In this document: positions 32,061 through 42,500 of the stretch, in pieces
Numbering within the stretch: position 1 is the stretch's first letter
Layout of the letters: each line of letters begins with the position of its first letter
From: an uncultured cyanobacterium
GTDB lineage: Bacteria > Cyanobacteriota > Cyanobacteriia > Cyanobacteriales > Nostocaceae
NCBI GenBank assembly: GCA_963740315.1
Contig: CAVUDP010000001.1
Span: forward strand, 1,024,001-1,088,000
DNA length: 64,000 bases
Direction: 5' to 3'
Position numbers and translations under genes: made by a program
Notes under the pieces: model-generated
Seen by the model: only the letters and a program-made list of their open reading frames with translations
What the model was told of the DNA's origin: nothing
Databases searched by the model: none

Positions 32061-32342
32061 ATGACCAAAACCGAAATAGCCCGATATTTAGGAAAAGTTG
32101 GTGAAGAATACGAAAAAATTGTTAAATGCCGACTATATTCAGATTTAGAGGTAATTTACGAATGGTGGGTTCCAAATACAGAAATGTACCATCACGAAAA
32201 AATGAAACTTGAAGATATTGCTATTGAGATACAGGTAGAACTTGCGAAAAATGCGATCGCGCATTCAGATTTTGCACAACTGCCTGCGGATGTCCAAGAA
32301 TTGCTCAATCAAAAAAGTCAATTAATTAGTAATTCTCAATAA
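32061..32342 (+). CDS. Hypothetical protein
   Basis: 93-aa ORF with an AAGGA RBS and ATG start. Confidence 0.6.
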   Translation: MTKTEIARYLGKVGEEYEKIVKCRLYSDLEVIYEWWVPNTEMYHHEKMKLEDIAIEIQVELAKNAIAHSDFAQLPADVQELLNQKSQLISNSQ

Positions 32343-33008
32343 TTACTTATTATTCTGTTGTGCTAATACAGCAGAATGTAATTGCAACAGTTGTTTATCT
32401 GCTATTCCCACCGTTTCCAATCCCTTAACTGTTTGCATTAAATATTCAGCACTCGAACCGAGTTCACCTTTTGCTGTGGCAATAGTATTAACGGTGTTTT
32501 CAAAAGACATTTTACCGGCGTAATCTGGATGATGGCGGTTGATGATAAAGGCGATCGCCATTACTTCGTCGGTACCATCAACTACCTTTACCCATCGGGG
32601 AATATACGAGCCGATTACCATTTCTCGCCGCCACAACAGCAACAATTCCGACTCCACATCGGCAGCAGGAATACGATAAACCACACCGCGACAGCTACCC
32701 CCGCAATCCAAGCCCAGTACCAAACCGGGATGCTCTGGTGTCCCCCTACCAACCAATGCCCGCAAACAAAAGCGGCGATGCCAACCGTAAATAGTTCCTA
32801 CACGACGCTCAATAAAATTAAATACAGGATTCCAAATTAAGGAACCATAAGCGAACAGCCAAACATCCGTATGTGGTTTGTGCGAATTTAACGTAACGCG
32901 AATAGAGTGTTGCAACTGGCTTTCGCTTAATAGTTGCATTCCCAAACCCGATTGCGAAATCATTTGATGCAAGCGGCTAGATTCCAAGTCAGCGCGGGTT
33001 AATGACAT
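32343..33008 (-). CDS. chaC: ChaC-family gamma-glutamylcyclotransferase
   Basis: WLFAYGSLIW, RGTPEHPGLVLGL and LWRREM motifs; ATG at 33008 with a GAGG RBS. Confidence 0.88.
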   Translation of the reverse strand: MSLTRADLESSRLHQMISQSGLGMQLLSESQLQHSIRVTLNSHKPHTDVWLFAYGSLIWNPVFNFIERRVGTIYGWHRRFCLRALVGRGTPEHPGLVLGLDCGGSCRGVVYRIPAADVESELLLLWRREMVIGSYIPRWVKVVDGTDEVMAIAFIINRHHPDYAGKMSFENTVNTIATAKGELGSSAEYLMQTVKGLETVGIADKQLLQLHSAVLAQQNNK

Positions 33009-33055
33009 ATTAAAAGAGGGAATGGGTAATAGGTAATTGATAATTGGTAAATATA

Positions 33056-33565
33056 TTATTCTAACCAATCGGGACCTTTAAAGAATTCCCCATCAGCCCA
33101 AAAAGTTTTACAGATTAAAGAACCTTGTCCGGGGCTGCTAAAATTTTGGGCTGCTCTAAAATCGGTTCCAATCAAAATAGCATCATCCATTTCCGCACCG
33201 TAAAAGTCAGCACCTGTAAAATCAGCAGCACTTAAAATAGCTTCATCAAGATTGGCATTTCTAAAATTAGCCCCTCTACAATCAGCACCACTTAAATCAG
33301 CACCTTGCAAATTAGCATAACTGAGATTTGCAGCATACAGATTAACGCAAAGCATTATGGCTCCACTCAAATCAGCATGACTTAAGTTTGAGCCACTTAA
33401 ATCAACAGCTGTTAAATCGCTTTCACTAAAATCTATTTCTCGAAAATCTTGTCCATCTAACCCCCCTCCACTAATTGCAATCCCAGCAAAGTTTCTTTCC
33501 CCAGCAGCATATCTTTTGAGAAACCTTTCAATGTCAAGATATTTTCTTTCATCATCCATAGTCAC
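33056..33565 (-). CDS. Pentapeptide repeat protein
   Basis: RYAAGERNF cap followed by ADL/ANL pentapeptide repeats. Confidence 0.9.
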   Translation of the reverse strand: MTMDDERKYLDIERFLKRYAAGERNFAGIAISGGGLDGQDFREIDFSESDLTAVDLSGSNLSHADLSGAIMLCVNLYAANLSYANLQGADLSGADCRGANFRNANLDEAILSAADFTGADFYGAEMDDAILIGTDFRAAQNFSSPGQGSLICKTFWADGEFFKGPDWLE

Positions 33566-33605
33566 ACCCCCTGGGATTAAAAAAACAAATATTTAACTCT
33601 AAACT

Positions 33606-33633
33606 CTTGTGGGATGGGCATCCCTGCCCGTCC
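33606..33633. repeat. Family-C REP copy upstream of the second pentapeptide gene
   Basis: Reverse complement GGACGGGCAGGGATGCCCATCCCACAAG differs at 2 of 28 positions from the REP at 10006-10033. Confidence 0.85.
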
Positions 33634-33827
33634 GATTCTAATTAATTAAAATCAAATCTCCTATTAGCGCAACAAATTTGATGTTGGGTTTCCTCCGTCA
33701 ACCCAACCTACAAAAAGCTTAACCTCTAACCTTTAACCTCAATCATAAGTATTAATGCCTTCACAAAACGCAATAATTAGTTAAGATAAATTTAACCTTG
33801 ACCTACGTAAATCAAATCCGTAATCTC

Positions 33828-34883
33828 ATGCAGTTAAATAAAAGTGCGTCAGTAGATTCTTTTTTAAAGCCATTGTTATTAATTTCGCCTTTTTTCCTTT
33901 GGGGTACGGCGATGGTGGCGATGAAGGGAGTTATGCCGCACACTACGCCTTTTTTCTTAGCGGGATTGCGATTATTCCCGGCGGGGATATTGGTTTTGAT
34001 TGCAGCTGCAATTATGGGTAAACCTCAACCCAAAGGTTGGAAGGCTTGGCTGTGGATTGCTTTGTTTGGATTGGTGGATGGAGCGCTGTTTCAAGGCTTT
34101 TTAGCGGCAGGCTTAGTTAGAACTGGTGCTGGTTTGGGTTCGGTGATGATTGATTCTCAACCTTTAGCCGTGGCGCTGTTGTGTTCGTGGCTGTTTGCGG
34201 AAAAAATCGGTTTATATGGATGGTTGGGGTTAGCGATCGGCGTTACTGGTATTAGTCTAATTGGTTTACCCGATGAATTAATTTTCAGTATTTTCTCTAA
34301 TAGCGCCGAATCCACCTTTACGATTTCTCAATCATTTTTTCAAAGCGGCGAATTCTTGATGCTGCTAGCTGCGTTAAGTATGGCAGTGGGAACGGTAATG
34401 ATTCGGTTTGTAACTCGTCATGTTGATGCTGTTACCGCTACCGGATGGCATATGATAATCGGTGGCTTACCGTTGTGGGGAATTTCCGCGACAACAGAAT
34501 CCCAGCAATGGCAGAATTTAGTACCGTCGGATTGGGTAGCCTTGGGTTATGCAGCTATATTTGGCAGCGCGATCGCCTACGGGGTGTTTTTCTATTTCGC
34601 TTCAAGTGGAAATCTCACCAGTTTAAGTTCTCTAACTTTTCTAACTCCCATATTCGCTTTGATATTCGGCAATATCTTATTAAATGAAGTTCTAAGTACT
34701 TTGCAATGGGTGGGAGTCACGATAACTATAGTCAGCATCTATTTGATTAATCAGCGCGATGTTTTAAATCAAAAGAACGATCCGGAAGTTGTTGAGACTA
34801 CGCAACCATCTGTAGAAATATCTGAGAAAAAACTGAAGCCTTTGAAAATAGCAATTAAAGAGTCGGAACCGGAAATAATGTAG
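33828..34883 (+). CDS. DMT/EamA family transporter
   Basis: PFFLWGTAMVAMK, about 10 TM segments, duplicated EamA pattern. Confidence 0.88.
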   Translation: MQLNKSASVDSFLKPLLLISPFFLWGTAMVAMKGVMPHTTPFFLAGLRLFPAGILVLIAAAIMGKPQPKGWKAWLWIALFGLVDGALFQGFLAAGLVRTGAGLGSVMIDSQPLAVALLCSWLFAEKIGLYGWLGLAIGVTGISLIGLPDELIFSIFSNSAESTFTISQSFFQSGEFLMLLAALSMAVGTVMIRFVTRHVDAVTATGWHMIIGGLPLWGISATTESQQWQNLVPSDWVALGYAAIFGSAIAYGVFFYFASSGNLTSLSSLTFLTPIFALIFGNILLNEVLSTLQWVGVTITIVSIYLINQRDVLNQKNDPEVVETTQPSVEISEKKLKPLKIAIKESEPEIM

Positions 34884-35012
34884 AGACGCGATATATCTTG
34901 TCTTCATCTAGTTATTAAATTTTTTTGTCAATAAAAAAGTTAACATTTAGGTAGATTAAAGTTATTGTTGTGACGGTAACTTTTACACTACTGTTTTGCT
35001 GAAATTTGCTGT

Positions 35013-36182
35013 ATGAGGCGATGCCATTCTTTTATAGTTATATTTACTTATCTTAGCTGCTTTGGATTTAACATTAATCCGGCAGTTGCAGCTAATTTCG
35101 ATCGCACACCATCTTTTTTAAAAGTTGCTCAAGCTGATTCCTCAGATACGACTACGCGCTCTAACCTGAGAACGGGTAGTGTGGGAGAAGATGTAAAAGT
35201 GCTGCAAACCCAGTTGAAAAAATTGGGTTATTACGATGGCATCCCCGATGGACAATTTGGTGCAACTACACGCAATGCTGTAATCGAATTTCAGCAGAAA
35301 AATGGTTTGATTGCGGATGGTATTGCAGGTAGTCAAACCAGGGAACTGATAAAAACAGAAACTTTAAAGCAATCTAGTAATATTTCTACACCTACCCCAG
35401 AGCCTGTTTCTGAAGAATCTTTAGATGAAGTAAATTCTTCCCTAAGCCGTTTGATCGAGCTTGCTTTGATAGCGATGGGAGTATTAGCTGGTGCGGGTAC
35501 TTTATTTTATATAGTTCAATGGATAAGATATAAGCGACAAAACAATAATGATACTTACGTGGATGATGATACTGACATAGTTCAACCACCTCAACATCAA
35601 TTTACTAATACGAACGAAGATCGAAAATATTTGCCTGCTGGCGATTTTGAAGATGTACCAGCCACAATTACACCATCTCCAAAATTACTTCCGACAGAAA
35701 ATACTTCCCGTCTTGCCAAAATTAACGTTGTTGATGAATTAATCGGAGATTTGCAAAGTTCCAATCCCACACAACGACGCAAAGCTATTTGGGAATTAGG
35801 ACAAAAAGGAGATTCGCGAGCAATTCAACCATTGGTAGAGCAGATGGCTGATGCTGACTCGCAGCAACGCAGCTTAATTTTGGCAGCTTTAGCGGAAATT
35901 GGTACTCGCACCCTCAAGCCAATGAATCGTGCCTTAGCAGTTTCCCTGCAAGATGAAAGCCCCGACGTGCGAAAAAACGCCATCCGCGACTTAACCCGCG
36001 TTTATGAGACGATGACTCAAATTAGTCAAATGCTCTCAATGGCAGCACAAGATGAAGATCCAGAAGTGCAAGAAACAGCAAGGTATGCAATTTCGCAAAT
36101 GAATCGCATCCGTGTTTTACCATCCGAGCAACCAGAAACCCAAATTCAATATCCACAAGAATGGGAAGAAACAGACAACTAA
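35013..36182 (+). CDS. Peptidoglycan-binding domain, TM helix and HEAT-repeat protein
   Basis: G..G.DVKVLQTQLKKLGYY..DGQFG..T..AV..FQ (PG_binding_1), one TM helix, PBS-lyase/HEAT repeats. Confidence 0.85.
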   Translation: MRRCHSFIVIFTYLSCFGFNINPAVAANFDRTPSFLKVAQADSSDTTTRSNLRTGSVGEDVKVLQTQLKKLGYYDGIPDGQFGATTRNAVIEFQQKNGLIADGIAGSQTRELIKTETLKQSSNISTPTPEPVSEESLDEVNSSLSRLIELALIAMGVLAGAGTLFYIVQWIRYKRQNNNDTYVDDDTDIVQPPQHQFTNTNEDRKYLPAGDFEDVPATITPSPKLLPTENTSRLAKINVVDELIGDLQSSNPTQRRKAIWELGQKGDSRAIQPLVEQMADADSQQRSLILAALAEIGTRTLKPMNRALAVSLQDESPDVRKNAIRDLTRVYETMTQISQMLSMAAQDEDPEVQETARYAISQMNRIRVLPSEQPETQIQYPQEWEETDN

Positions 36183-36206
36183 TGTAGAGACGTAGCACTG
36201 CTACGT

Positions 36207-36494
36207 CTTTGAAACGTTATGGTTGGATAAACAAAGTTCGTTGCTACTTTGAAAAGTCATGGTTGGATAAACAAAGTTCGTTGCTACTTTGAAAAGTTAT
36301 GGTTGGATAAACAAAGTTCGTTGCTACTTTGAAAAGTTATGGTTGGATAAACAAAGTTCGTTGCTACTTTGAAAAGTTATGGTTGGATAAACAAAGTTCG
36401 TTGCTACTTTGAAAAGTCATGGTTGGATAAACAAAGTTCGTTGCTACTTTGAAAAGTTATGGTTGGATAAACAAAGTTCGTTGTTACTTTGAAA
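36207..36494. repeat. Tandem array of seven 40-bp units with no spacers, between two inverted family-A REPs
   Basis: Unit CTTTGAAAAGTYATGGTTGGATAAACAAAGTTCGTTGCTA starts at 36207, 36247 ... 36447, plus a partial eighth unit. Confidence 0.95.
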
Positions 36495-36670
36495 TCTTCG
36501 TTACAGCAGTACCACTTTAATAATTTCACTAAATCGTTGCTATGTACGCCCATAGGGAGACGTAGCAGTGCTACGTCTCTACATAATTTATGTGTGTCGT
36601 TTCAATATTTTGGTTTTAGGCAACATGGGGATTTAATATTTAGTTTGTAATCAAGCTTTTAAATTTACGG

Positions 36671-37738
36671 ATGAAATTATTGTTCGTTTCTACTCCCGTG
36701 GGACCTCTTGGTTCTGGATTGGGTGGTGGTGTGGAATTAAGTTTGTACAATATTGCTCGTGAAGTTATGCGGCGGGGACACGATTTACAAGTTGTTGCTC
36801 CTGCTGGCTCTAGTTGGGATGATTTACCGATAATGCAGATTTCGGGAAATTTACAAATCATTGCCCAAAGTTTAGAACGTCAAACCCCTATTACAATGCC
36901 AGAAAATTCTGTTTTAGCTAATATGTGGGATTACGTTCGTCAAGTTGAAGGTGAATACGATCTAATTGTTAACTTTGCTTACGATTGGTTGCCTTTTTAC
37001 TTGACACCTTATTTAAAACGCCCTATAGCTCATTTTGTCAGCATGGGTTCTCTTTCCGATGCTCTGGATCGAATTATCGTGCAAATATCAAAGCAGTTTC
37101 CCGGCACGATTGGGTTTTATACTTCCGCACAAGCTGCTACTTTTCCCGAATTAACTCCACCTATATATTATTTAAGCAGCGGCATAGATTTATCTTTGTA
37201 TCAATTTTGCAGCGAACCCAAACAACAATTAGCTTGGTTGGGTCGAATTTCTCCGGAAAAAGGTTTAGAAGATGCGATCGCTGTAGCAAACAGTACTAAC
37301 ATTCCTCTCAAGGTTATGGGTAAAATTCAAGATGAATCATACTGGCAGAAAATTCAGCAGGATTACCCAAATGCACCTTTTGATTATTTAGGGTTTTTAT
37401 CTACAAAGGAAATGCAGCAGGTTGTCCGTGAATGTCGGGCATTAATTATGACACCTCGTTGGGTGGAAGCATTCGGTAATGTTGCAATTGAAGCTTTAGC
37501 TTGTGGAGTTCCAGTAATTTCTTATAGTCGTGGCGGTCCTGCATCTATTATTAAAGACGGTGAAACTGGCTTTTTAATAGAACCAGATAGTGTTACAGGA
37601 TTAATAGAAGCAACAAAGCGATTAGGTCAAATTAATCGCCAAACCTGCCGCGATACCGTACAAAACCTATTCTCTTTAGAAGTATTAGGCGAACGTTTTG
37701 AAAAGTGGTTTATAGACATTTTAGATTTTCAACTTTAA
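36671..37738 (+). CDS. Glycosyltransferase family 4
   Basis: GGVE, LGRISPEKG and EAFGNVAIEALACGVPVI motifs. Confidence 0.92.
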   Translation: MKLLFVSTPVGPLGSGLGGGVELSLYNIAREVMRRGHDLQVVAPAGSSWDDLPIMQISGNLQIIAQSLERQTPITMPENSVLANMWDYVRQVEGEYDLIVNFAYDWLPFYLTPYLKRPIAHFVSMGSLSDALDRIIVQISKQFPGTIGFYTSAQAATFPELTPPIYYLSSGIDLSLYQFCSEPKQQLAWLGRISPEKGLEDAIAVANSTNIPLKVMGKIQDESYWQKIQQDYPNAPFDYLGFLSTKEMQQVVRECRALIMTPRWVEAFGNVAIEALACGVPVISYSRGGPASIIKDGETGFLIEPDSVTGLIEATKRLGQINRQTCRDTVQNLFSLEVLGERFEKWFIDILDFQL

Positions 37739-37830
37739 AATAAGCGGAAATTTTAGAATTATTAATTATTTCGATCTCAATTTTACGGATAAACACTTAC
37801 TAATCGTGAACTAGGAAAAACAAACAACAA

Positions 37831-38805
37831 ATGACAACTTCCCCATTCGTATCTATTACAAATAACCCTTCAATGCAAGTCAAAACTCAACACCCCGTCA
37901 GCTTGCTGATACCGCAACCTTTACAACCTGGCGACTTATTAAGAGTAATTGCTCCGAGCGGTGCTTTGCAGGAATTTGAAGCATTTCAAAGTGGTGTAGA
38001 AATTTGGCGATCGCGCGGTTATCGAGTGGAAGTAATTCCGGAAATACAAGATAGATGGGGATATTTAGCGGGTAACGACGAAAAACGCCGCAATCACTTA
38101 GCAGCAGCTTGGCAAGATCCCGAATGTCGCGGTATTCTTTGCGCTAGAGGTGGTTTTGGCACTATGCGGATTTTGGAAGAATGGACTTGGATGTTGCAAC
38201 AAAAAACTCCCAATGCCTCATTCCCAAAATGGTTAATTGGTTTCTCCGATATCACAGCTTTATTGTGGAGTCTTTACAAAGTCGGAATTTGTGCGGTTCA
38301 TGCACCTGTAATGATCACTTTAGCTCAAGAACCAACTTGGTCAATACAAAGATTATTTAATTTAGTAGAAGGTAAATCTCTGGAACCTTTAAAAGGTAAA
38401 GGATGGGGAGGTGGTACAGTTAGCGGTAAATTATTACCAGCAAACCTGACAGTCGCAACTCATCTTTTAGGTACGCCAATGCAGCCACAACTTGACGGCG
38501 TAATTTTAGCAATAGAAGACGTAGCAGAAGCACCCTACCGCATCGATAGAATGTTAACTCAATGGCGAATGAGCGGCGCTTTATCAAAAGTAGCCGGAAT
38601 TGCTTTAGGTAGCTTTACCCATTGCGAAGCACCAGCAAATGTACCCAGCTTCAGCGTAGAAGAAGTCTTGCGCGATCGCCTCGGCGATTTAGGTATTCCC
38701 GTAGTTTCCGACTTACCTTTCGGACATCAAGCACCCAACGCCGCTTTACCCGTAGGCATGACGGCAACTTTAGATGCAGAAGAAGGGGTTTTGAGTTTCA
38801 GTTAA
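37831..38805 (+). CDS. ldcA: LD-carboxypeptidase (S66 family)
   Basis: IAPSG, ARGGFG, GFSDIT (catalytic Ser), IEDV..YRIDRML and FGH motifs; start may be at 37870. Confidence 0.88.
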   Translation: MTTSPFVSITNNPSMQVKTQHPVSLLIPQPLQPGDLLRVIAPSGALQEFEAFQSGVEIWRSRGYRVEVIPEIQDRWGYLAGNDEKRRNHLAAAWQDPECRGILCARGGFGTMRILEEWTWMLQQKTPNASFPKWLIGFSDITALLWSLYKVGICAVHAPVMITLAQEPTWSIQRLFNLVEGKSLEPLKGKGWGGGTVSGKLLPANLTVATHLLGTPMQPQLDGVILAIEDVAEAPYRIDRMLTQWRMSGALSKVAGIALGSFTHCEAPANVPSFSVEEVLRDRLGDLGIPVVSDLPFGHQAPNAALPVGMTATLDAEEGVLSFS

Positions 38806-38813
38806 AGATTCAG

Positions 38814-39063
38814 GTTCGTAGTAAGAGCTTTAGCTCTTCCAACCGAGGGCTAAAGCCCTTACTACAAACTAATCTTCCAACTGAGGGCTAAAGCCCTTAC
38901 TACAAACTAATCTTCCAACTGAGGGCTAAAGCCCTTACTACAAACTAATCTTCCAACCGAGGGCTAAAGCCCTTACTACAAACTAATCTTCCAACTGAGG
39001 GCTAAAGCCCTTACTACAAACTAATCTTCCAACAAAAGGGCTAAAGCCCTTACTACAAACTAA
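38814..39063. repeat. Tandem array of six ~38-bp family-B REP units preceded by one inverted partner
   Basis: Unit TCTTCCAACYGAGGGCTAAAGCCCTTACTACAAACTAA x6; inverted GTTCGTAGTAAGAGCTTTAGCTC at 38814-38836. Confidence 0.95.
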
Positions 39064-39074
39064 TAAAAAATTTA

Positions 39075-39812
39075 TTATTGATTGTTTTTCCGCAAGCGAC
39101 AAAAAGCAATAGCCGGAATTACAGCTAAAATGAATGCTGTTAATCCTTGTTTGACTAAATATAAAGTGACATCGCGGTGTATTACTGGGATACTATTTTG
39201 TACTAAAGAAACTAATAAAACCGAAATACTAATAACAAAGTATGAAATAGACGGTACAAAATTCCACCACCATGCACCTTTTGCATATCTCCGCAACACC
39301 AACCATTGCAATAAACCCAGCCACAACCCGGAAAAAATATAAGCAGTTGTTGATAGTATTCCAAAGAAGATAATCGCTTGTGGTGATATTTGATTTGTTG
39401 ATGCGGCGATCGATGAAATATAGGCAATCCAAGCTGTAGAAACTGTATTTGCAACTAACCAGCCGATTGTGGTTGCTAACATCCAAGACCAACCTGATAT
39501 ATATTTACTCAAGGGTATGGATTGATCTGCGGCGAAAATTAATGCAAATAAACTACTAGCAATTAATTTTGCAATTCGGTACCACAATATTTCGTTTTGA
39601 GCGAAATCAACGGGTATATTCTCTCGCAGAATTTTTTCTAAAGCAAGACTGGCAATTCCCCCTCCAATCCATCCCAAAGTTGTCATAAAAGTAAATAACA
39701 AAAAGAATCCTCGCCGTTCGGAACGAGGTATCAGCAAGGTTCTTTTCTGTTTTACATGAGATTCGGATGGATTTTGGAGAATATTTTTAAATAAAGATGG
39801 CATAACAATCAA
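39075..39812 (-). CDS. Hypothetical multi-pass membrane protein
   Basis: About six hydrophobic helices; GLLQWLVLRR motif. Confidence 0.7.
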   Translation of the reverse strand: MIVMPSLFKNILQNPSESHVKQKRTLLIPRSERRGFFLLFTFMTTLGWIGGGIASLALEKILRENIPVDFAQNEILWYRIAKLIASSLFALIFAADQSIPLSKYISGWSWMLATTIGWLVANTVSTAWIAYISSIAASTNQISPQAIIFFGILSTTAYIFSGLWLGLLQWLVLRRYAKGAWWWNFVPSISYFVISISVLLVSLVQNSIPVIHRDVTLYLVKQGLTAFILAVIPAIAFCRLRKNNQ

Positions 39813-39964
39813 TAATAAAGGTAATTACTTTTCCCCAATTTCAAGAGGAGTTAGAAGGTTATGAGTTATACGGCTCTACTCTAACAGCGATATTCGATTT
39901 TATAAATAATTTGATTTGTTTTATCCTTGATTTAAAAATCAAATATAATTTTGGAGCTAACGAA

Positions 39965-40171
39965 ATGCTTAAAAGCTTGTGGGCTATTGTTCGTAATGGC
40001 AAAGTAGAACTACTAGAAGATATTCAACTATCTGAAGGGAGTAAAGTTTTAATTACGTTGATTTCGGATGAAGATGAGAAGCAATTTTGGACAACAGCAA
40101 GTGAAACAGCTTTAAATAAGGTTTGGGATAATCAGGAGGATGATATTTATGCCGAATTACTCGAAAAATAG
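39965..40171 (+). CDS. Putative antitoxin (AF2212/DUF104-like)
   Basis: A.VRNGKVELLE.IQL.EGSKVLITL and VWDNQEDDIY; GGAG RBS; overlaps a toxin-like ORF. Confidence 0.65.
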   Translation: MLKSLWAIVRNGKVELLEDIQLSEGSKVLITLISDEDEKQFWTTASETALNKVWDNQEDDIYAELLEK

Positions 40172-40250
40172 TGTAATTTTAGTCCGCTATCCTTTTTCTG
40201 ACCTTTCGGCAATAAAGGTACGTCCCGCTGTTATAGTTAATTCGGACTCT
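40149..40250 (+). pseudogene. Truncated PemK/MazF-family toxin
   Basis: MPNYSKNSVILVRYPFSDLSAIKVRPAVIVNS matches a MazF N-terminus. Similarity is then lost and the frame runs into the dnaK terminator. Confidence 0.7.
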
Positions 40251-40285
40251 TCGTTTATGGCTCGATCTATAAACCAGTATCAATT

Positions 40286-40323
40286 AAAAATCCCCGCAAT
40301 TCTTCTTAGAATACGGGGATTTT
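40286..40323 (-). terminator. Intrinsic terminator of dnaK
   Basis: AAAATCCCCG...CGGGGATTTT stem about 50 bp after the dnaK stop. Confidence 0.7.
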
Positions 40324-40371
40324 CAACATTATTTAAGTCAAAGGTGAGTATTTAACTCACCGTAAAAATGA

Positions 40372-42300
40372 CTACTTAGACTCGGTGAAATCGGCATCAA
40401 TTACATCATCACCCGTACCTGTAGAAGCACTGTCTGCATCTCCAGTTGCACCGTTAGGAGACTCACCACCAGGAGCAGTTCCATCAGGAGTAGCACCTGC
40501 TTGCTGATACATATTGCTACCAACGGTGAATAGTGCTTGTTGCAATTCTGGCGTTAGCTTTTGAATTTGCTCGTCGTCTTCTTTGGTGACGGCTTCTTTC
40601 AAATCTTTGACTAAACCTTCGATTTTGGTTTTGTCTTCTGCGGGGATTTTATCTCCCAATTCTTGTATCTGCTTTTCTGCTTGATACGCCAAGGAATCAG
40701 CTTGGTTTTTGCGATCGATTTTCTCGCGACGATCTTTGTCGGTTGAGGAGAAGCTTTCTGCTTCGTTAACCATTCTTTCGACTTCGGTTTTATCCAAAGT
40801 GGAAGCACCTGTAATGCTGATGGATTGTTCTTTACCAGTACCTTTGTCTTTAGCGGTAACGTTCAAGATACCGTTAGCGTCAATATCGAAGGTAACTTCA
40901 ATTTGAGGTACTCCGCGAGGTGCGGGAGGAATTCCATCTAAACGGAAGGTTCCCAAGCTCTTGTTGTCGTTGGACATTTCACGCTCACCTTGGAGTACGT
41001 GAATTTCTACGTTGGTTTGTCCGTCTACAGCTGTGGAGAATACTTCGGATTTTTTGGTAGGAATGGTGGTGTTGCGAGGAATAATCTTGGTCATTACGCC
41101 ACCAAGAGTTTCCACACCCAAGGATAACGGACTTACGTCTAAGAGCAAGATTCCGGTAACTTCACCAGAAAGTACACCAGCTTGGATTGCAGCACCAACT
41201 GCTACAACTTCGTCTGGGTTAACGCTTTGGTTAGGATCTTTTCCTAATACGCGCTTAACTACGTCTTGTACTGCGGGAATACGGGTAGAACCACCAACTA
41301 GTACGATTTCGTCGATATTCTCTTTGCTTAATTTTGCGTCGCGCAATGCATTTTCAACAGGAATGCGACTGCGATCGATTAAGTCAGAACAAATTTCTTC
41401 AAATTTAGCGCGAGTCAGGGTTGTATCCAAGTGCTTGGGACCATCCTGAGTTGCGGTAATAAATGGTAGGTTGATTTCTGTTTGTGTAACGCTGGAAAGT
41501 TCGATTTTAGCTTTTTCAGCAGCTTCAGTTAAACGCTGTAAAGCTTGCTTATCTTTGCGTAAGTCAATACCTTCTTGCTTTTGGAAATCAGCAGCTAAAT
41601 AATCAACAATCTTTTTATCAAAGTCGTCACCACCAAGGTGGGTATCTCCAGAAGTAGAAAGTACTTCAAATACACCGTCGCCAACTTCTAAGATCGATAC
41701 GTCGAAGGTACCACCACCAAGGTCAAATACCAAGATGGTTTCGTTGCTCTTCTTATCCAAACCATATGCCAAGGAAGCGGCAGTAGGTTCGTTGATAATC
41801 CGCATTACTTCAATACCGGCAATCTTACCAGCGTCTTTGGTTGCTTGACGCTGAGAGTCGTTAAAGTATGCGGGAACGGTGATTACCGCTTGGGTAATAG
41901 TTTCGCCGGTATACTTACTAGCGTCGTCAACTAGCTTGCGGAGAACTTGTGAGGAAATTTCTTCGGGAGCAAACTGCTTACCAGCTTGAGGGCAATCAAG
42001 CTTAACGTTGCCGTTGCCATCTTTAACAATACTGTAAGAAACTTCGGTTGCTTCGTGGGTGATTTCTTCGTGCTTCCGTCCCAAAAAGCGCTTAACCGAG
42101 TAGAAAGTATTTTCAGGATTCATCACCGCTTGACGCTTGGCGATTTGTCCTACAAGGCGATCGCCATTTTTCGCGAAAGCAACAACACTAGGAGTTGTGC
42201 GAAAACCTTCGGCGTTAGCAATAACCGTGGGCTTACCACCTTCCATTACTGCTACGCAAGAATTAGTTGTACCTAAGTCAATTCCAACTACTTTTGCCAT
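40372..42300 (-). CDS. dnaK: Molecular chaperone DnaK (DnaK2 type)
   Basis: [17 protein letters not shown] and the C-terminal DDVIDADF motif. Confidence 0.99.
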   Translation of the reverse strand: MAKVVGIDLGTTNSCVAVMEGGKPTVIANAEGFRTTPSVVAFAKNGDRLVGQIAKRQAVMNPENTFYSVKRFLGRKHEEITHEATEVSYSIVKDGNGNVKLDCPQAGKQFAPEEISSQVLRKLVDDASKYTGETITQAVITVPAYFNDSQRQATKDAGKIAGIEVMRIINEPTAASLAYGLDKKSNETILVFDLGGGTFDVSILEVGDGVFEVLSTSGDTHLGGDDFDKKIVDYLAADFQKQEGIDLRKDKQALQRLTEAAEKAKIELSSVTQTEINLPFITATQDGPKHLDTTLTRAKFEEICSDLIDRSRIPVENALRDAKLSKENIDEIVLVGGSTRIPAVQDVVKRVLGKDPNQSVNPDEVVAVGAAIQAGVLSGEVTGILLLDVSPLSLGVETLGGVMTKIIPRNTTIPTKKSEVFSTAVDGQTNVEIHVLQGEREMSNDNKSLGTFRLDGIPPAPRGVPQIEVTFDIDANGILNVTAKDKGTGKEQSISITGASTLDKTEVERMVNEAESFSSTDKDRREKIDRKNQADSLAYQAEKQIQELGDKIPAEDKTKIEGLVKDLKEAVTKEDDEQIQKLTPELQQALFTVGSNMYQQAGATPDGTAPGGESPNGATGDADSASTGTGDDVIDADFTESK

Positions 42301-42484
42301 CTTATTTTAGGCTCCGTATAACTACAAAAAGAATGAATGAGAATATAAAAGGTTTAATTTTGAGGTAACTAGCTTTATTAGGGCAATTTTTTAAGGCATC
42401 AATATGAATAAATTGAACCTCACCGCTATTCACTATCCCCCTTACACTGTTATATATACTGAGCCTGTGCAGCCAGTGAATGAA

Positions 42485-42500
42485 GGGTGGTTTCCCGAAC
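42485..42500 (-). promoter_or_regulatory. K-box-like element upstream of dnaK
   Basis: Minus strand GTTCGG-GAAA-CCACCC versus the cyanobacterial K-box GTTCGG-NNAN-CCNNAC (one mismatch). Confidence 0.5.

Noticed and set aside
36207..36494. CRISPR array
   Set aside because: Units are contiguous and near-identical with no unique spacers, and there are no cas genes nearby.
38835..39063. CRISPR array
   Set aside because: Palindromic 38-bp units with invariant linkers; the same palindrome occurs dispersed as a REP.
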